A DNA stretch of 64,000 nucleotides from an uncultured delta proteobacterium (GTDB lineage Bacteria > Desulfobacterota > RBG-13-43-22), in assembly GCA_963790475.1 (NCBI GenBank), contig CAWBOS010000010.1:1728001-1792000 (forward strand). Reading direction: 5' to 3'. The notes under the pieces are model-generated. The model did not search any database, was not told the origin of the DNA, and saw only the letters and a list, made by a program, of their open reading frames with translations. This document shows, one piece after another, positions 60,411-64,000 of the stretch (position 1 is the stretch's first letter; the number at the start of each line of letters is the position of its first letter). The position numbers were made by a program, and so were the translations under genes.

Positions 60411-62081
60411 ATGCAAAAGGCAAGAAAGAATTACTTTACAGGTTGGTCCATGTGGCCCATGGTGTTTTCAATCATTCTTTCCCTGGTTCTGGTCTCCACG
60501 GCACCCGCCCAAATGAAAAAGGCTCTGAGGGATAAAGCAAAAAAGGTTGAGAAGACTCAGGAGGCAAAGAAACAAAAAACAACCGTAAAACCTCAATATG
60601 GGGGAATCTACCGGAGCGTCATGCAGGCTGACCCGAGATCCCTCGACGCCCACCAGGAAACTTATGGGGCGACCACTGTCATCACCGGTAATACCAATAG
60701 CACACTGCTAAGGACCAACCCCGAGATGACCGGATGGGAGCTGGATCTGGCCGAAAGCGTGAAGCAGATCGACGACACGACCTATGAATTCAAGATTCAT
60801 AAGGGGGTGCGTTTTCACAACGTCCCCCCGGTCAACGGCCGAGAGTGCACCTCGGCGGATGTCAAATACAGCATCGAACGGGCCATGGGCATGTACGGTC
60901 GGAAATCCGACTTTAAACACTATTATTATTTCGACAAGATCAAATCCATCGAAACGCCGGACAAGTACACGGTTATATTTAAATTAAGCCAGCCCCTCGC
61001 CCCCTTTCTCAAGTACATTGCCACACCCTGGGCGGCCATTGTGGCCAAGGAGGTGGTCGACAAGTACGGGGACTTGAAAACAGTGGCCATCGGCACCGGT
61101 CCTTTCATCCTCAAGGAATTCGTCAAGGGCTCCCACATCACCCTGGTGAAAAACCCTAATTACTTTAAAAAAGGCCTGCCCTATCTGGACGGTATTAATT
61201 TTAAAATCATGCCCGATCCGGCCAGTATATTGTCGGCCTTTATTGCCGGAAGACTGGATGGCTGCGGGCTCTCCTTCTACCAGTTGGATACCGCCAAAAA
61301 AGAAGCCCCGGACGCCCTCATCGATGAATATCCCGGCACCCACATGTGGGTCCTGCGAGTGCAGCCCTGGATCGAAGGGACCAAACCCCTTAAAAAGCCC
61401 CTTGATGACAAGAGGGTCCGCCAGGCCATCTCCATGGCCATTGACAAGCCCAGGTTGTTGAAACTGGCCTGGGGTGGTTTCGGCACTGTCGCCACCGGAC
61501 CCGTTCCCCCGGTTTATGATGATGCCCTTCCTCCTGCCGATCAGGTGAAATACAATCCTGAACAGGCCAAAAAGCTTCTGGCCGAAGCCGGGTATCCCAA
61601 CGGCTTCCCCATCGAGCTTCTGACCTGGAACCTGGAATACATGACCAAGCCGGCCCAGGTCCTGAAAGAAATGCTCAAGGAGGTCGGCATCGATCTCAAA
61701 TTGACCCTATTGGAACAACCCCAATACTTCAACCGCGCCTATCACTTCGATTACGAATTATCTCTTCATATCATGACCGCCGGGGTAGACCCGGAAGAGT
61801 GGATGATCCCCTACTTCGGTCCTCTGAATGAATCCACCTTTTATAAATGGAGCAATCATGAGCTTTGGAAGCTGATCATGGATCAGCAGAAAATTATGGA
61901 TGTGACGAAGCGCAAGGCCCTGCTTAGAGAGATCCAGTTAAAGATCATGGACGACGCCACCCACACCTTTCTCTATACCCAGATGCGATTCACCATCCGG
62001 AGGCCCTATGTTCACAGGACCTTTTACCTCCTTGATTATCAACCCATGATTGCGGAAACCTATTGGATGGAAAAACATTAA
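60411..62081 (+). CDS. Peptide/nickel ABC transporter substrate-binding protein (family 5)
   Basis: AAGGAGG RBS; PQYGG, DPRSLD, GVRFHN, DVKYS, IGTGPF, NPNYF..GLPYLD, AKKLLAEAGY. Confidence 0.92.
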   Translation: MQKARKNYFTGWSMWPMVFSIILSLVLVSTAPAQMKKALRDKAKKVEKTQEAKKQKTTVKPQYGGIYRSVMQADPRSLDAHQETYGATTVITGNTNSTLLRTNPEMTGWELDLAESVKQIDDTTYEFKIHKGVRFHNVPPVNGRECTSADVKYSIERAMGMYGRKSDFKHYYYFDKIKSIETPDKYTVIFKLSQPLAPFLKYIATPWAAIVAKEVVDKYGDLKTVAIGTGPFILKEFVKGSHITLVKNPNYFKKGLPYLDGINFKIMPDPASILSAFIAGRLDGCGLSFYQLDTAKKEAPDALIDEYPGTHMWVLRVQPWIEGTKPLKKPLDDKRVRQAISMAIDKPRLLKLAWGGFGTVATGPVPPVYDDALPPADQVKYNPEQAKKLLAEAGYPNGFPIELLTWNLEYMTKPAQVLKEMLKEVGIDLKLTLLEQPQYFNRAYHFDYELSLHIMTAGVDPEEWMIPYFGPLNESTFYKWSNHELWKLIMDQQKIMDVTKRKALLREIQLKIMDDATHTFLYTQMRFTIRRPYVHRTFYLLDYQPMIAETYWMEKH

Positions 62082-62089
62082 TTTAAGAA

Positions 62090-62180
62090 AGGCGATAGGC
62101 TATGGGCAATAGGCTATAAGAAATAAAATCAAAAGTACCATCATCTTAGCCCATAGCCTATCGCCTGGTGCCTATAGCCT
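62090..62180. repeat. Inverted pair of 7-nt periodic tandem arrays
   Basis: AGGCGAT-AGGCTAT-GGGCAAT-AGGCTAT ... AGCCCAT-AGCCTAT-CGCCTGG-TGCCTAT-AGCCT. Confidence 0.75.
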
Positions 62181-62206
62181 GTTTTTAATCTAAAAGGAAA
62201 ACATCC

Positions 62207-63154
62207 ATGCTGCGCTGGTATATTCTAAGGAGGGTTTTACTTCTGGTGCCGACCCTCCTGCTGGTTTCGTTTTTTATCTTTAGTATCGTACGACTTCTGC
62301 CCGGAGACGTCGTCACGATTATGATCTCGGAACAGGGCTATGCGAACGATGAAACCGAACTGAGAAAAACCCTGGGGCTGGACAAACCGCTGGTCATCCA
62401 GTATGTCCTGTATATGAAAAATGTATTCAGGGGCGACTTGGGGAAATCCCTCTGGAGCGGGAAACCGGTCACGGAAGAACTCGCCAGGCGTCTGCCCACC
62501 ACCCTTCGTCTGGGTCTTATGGCCCTGTTTTGGACCATCCTGATGGGTGTGCCTATCGGGGTCCTCTCTGCACTCTACCAGGACCGATGGTCCGATTATC
62601 TGCTGCGCAGTGCGGCCATTGGCGGATTATCCATCCCAGGGTTCTGGATCGCCACCCTGATATTGGTCTTCGGTGCCATCTGGTTCCGATGGGTCCCTCC
62701 AATGGATTATGTCCCCTTCATGGAGAACCCCATAAAAAGTCTTTCCCAGCTTGTGGTTCCTTCTTTTATCATGTCCATCGCCCTTTCGGCCGGGATCATG
62801 CGTATGACGCGGACCATGATGCTGGAGGTCATGAAAGAAGATTATATCCGGACCGCCCGGGCCAAAGGACTGGCCGGCTGGGTGGTGGTGGTCCGTCATG
62901 CCCTGAAAAACGCCCTGATACCGGTCTTGAGCATTATGGGCATCCAGATAGCCGTGCTCATCGGGGGCACGGTGATCATGGAACAAATTTTCGTCCTGCC
63001 GGGCGTGGGGAAATACCTCATTGATGCCATCTCCTGGCGGGATTATCCGGCCATCCAGGGAATCAATCTTTTTATCTGCACCTGGATTATAAGCATCAAC
63101 CTCATCGTGGACTTGATGTATGGGTTATTTGACCCCAGAATCCGGTATCGTTAA
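62207..63154 (+). CDS. Peptide ABC transporter permease (DppB/OppB-like)
   Basis: LGLDKPL, GDLGKS, DYIRTARAKGL, RHALKNAL, DPRIRY. Confidence 0.93.
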   Translation: MLRWYILRRVLLLVPTLLLVSFFIFSIVRLLPGDVVTIMISEQGYANDETELRKTLGLDKPLVIQYVLYMKNVFRGDLGKSLWSGKPVTEELARRLPTTLRLGLMALFWTILMGVPIGVLSALYQDRWSDYLLRSAAIGGLSIPGFWIATLILVFGAIWFRWVPPMDYVPFMENPIKSLSQLVVPSFIMSIALSAGIMRMTRTMMLEVMKEDYIRTARAKGLAGWVVVVRHALKNALIPVLSIMGIQIAVLIGGTVIMEQIFVLPGVGKYLIDAISWRDYPAIQGINLFICTWIISINLIVDLMYGLFDPRIRYR

Positions 63155-63266
63155 TAAAAAATCCCGTTTGTCGTTCGGTGAAACACAATTTTACTGTTTC
63201 GTGCCCCCCCCGATCTAAGCGGGCCAAGAGCACTTAATATGATTTATTGCCACAATAGGGGAAATT

Positions 63267-64000
63267 ATGGAATCCAGTTCTCAAGAAAAAATCATCGACC
63301 CCGAATCCGTACGTGTGGAAGAAATCATCGCCCCCCCGAAGAGGCATCACTGGCTTCTGGATTTATTTATCCAGTTGGTGAAGACCAAACCTCTCGGGGC
63401 CTTCGGCGGACTCTTAGTCCTGGGCATGGTCCTGGTGGCCATTTTGGCCCCGGTCATATCCCCTTATAATCCGGACACCATGCATGGAGAAAAAATCGTC
63501 GCCCCGCCCAGCAGTACCTTTTACTTAGGAACCGACGCCCTGGCCAGGGATATGTTTAGCCGAATTGCCTATGGGGCCAGGGTATCCATGACCGTGGGGC
63601 TTGGCGCTGTGGGCTTGAGCACCCTTTTGTCCACGATCATCGGCATTCTGTCCGGTTACTTCGGAGGGCTGTTCGACACGATCATGCAGAGATTTGTGGA
63701 CGCCATCATGTCCTTCCCCTGGCTGGTGATTATGCTCACGGTAATGGCTATATTGGGACCGGGGCAGTTGAACGTCATACTGGCTTTGGCCCTCGCCGGA
63801 TTTGCCGGGGCCTCACGGGTGGTCCGCAGTGCGGTCCTGGCTATCAAAGAAAGTGATTATGTAATGGCGGCCAAATCCGTTGGATGCCGTGATATTACCA
63901 TCCTGATCCGCCATATCTTCCCGAACGTAACCGCGCCCATCATTGTAATGGCCACTCTCGGTCTGGGTAATGCCATCCTGGCCGAGGCCTCTCTCAGTTT
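63267..64000 (+). CDS. Peptide ABC transporter permease (DppC/OppC-like), 3'-truncated by window edge
   Basis: Read by eye: MESSSQ...LGTDALARDMFSRIAYGARVS...DYVMAAKSVG...RHIFPN...AILAEASLS. Confidence 0.9.
   Translation, partial: MESSSQEKIIDPESVRVEEIIAPPKRHHWLLDLFIQLVKTKPLGAFGGLLVLGMVLVAILAPVISPYNPDTMHGEKIVAPPSSTFYLGTDALARDMFSRIAYGARVSMTVGLGAVGLSTLLSTIIGILSGYFGGLFDTIMQRFVDAIMSFPWLVIMLTVMAILGPGQLNVILALALAGFAGASRVVRSAVLAIKESDYVMAAKSVGCRDITILIRHIFPNVTAPIIVMATLGLGNAILAEASLS

Overview
Bacterial chromosomal window, probably from an anaerobic Desulfobacterota/deltaproteobacterial-type organism (inferred from gene content only). 1-28 kb is an envelope-stress/efflux region: TRAP permease, two Spy/CpxP-like genes, an MdtABC-OMF operon, an AcrAB-OMF-type operon, an outer-membrane beta-barrel, a YrbL-like gene and DegP. 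Eight copies of an ECF-sigma-like motif (TAAC-N17/18-GTCTA-like) and a duplicated ~340-bp module encoding a tiny pseudo-receiver protein occur in this region. An FGE-sulfatase gene here ends in a DGR variable-region-like segment. 29-35 kb and 43-48 kb hold acyl-CoA catabolic genes. 35.1-41.2 kb is an integrase-less integron-like cassette array (attI-like site, two clear attC sites, several degenerate ones). It carries a Zn-ribbon/HEPN-like gene, DUF4238, a toxin-antitoxin pair and a receiver-domain-LpxC fusion. 49-64 kb is mostly housekeeping: glycerate kinase, murI, DUF39 homocysteine biosynthesis plus NIL-ferredoxin, pcm, PfkB kinase, tRNA-Pro(GGG), an orphan PilB-like ATPase and a peptide ABC transporter. 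Several genes have single-base indels (possibly sequencing error) or internal deletions. No CRISPR array, rRNA or integrase was seen. All family calls are by eye from motifs; no database searches were run.
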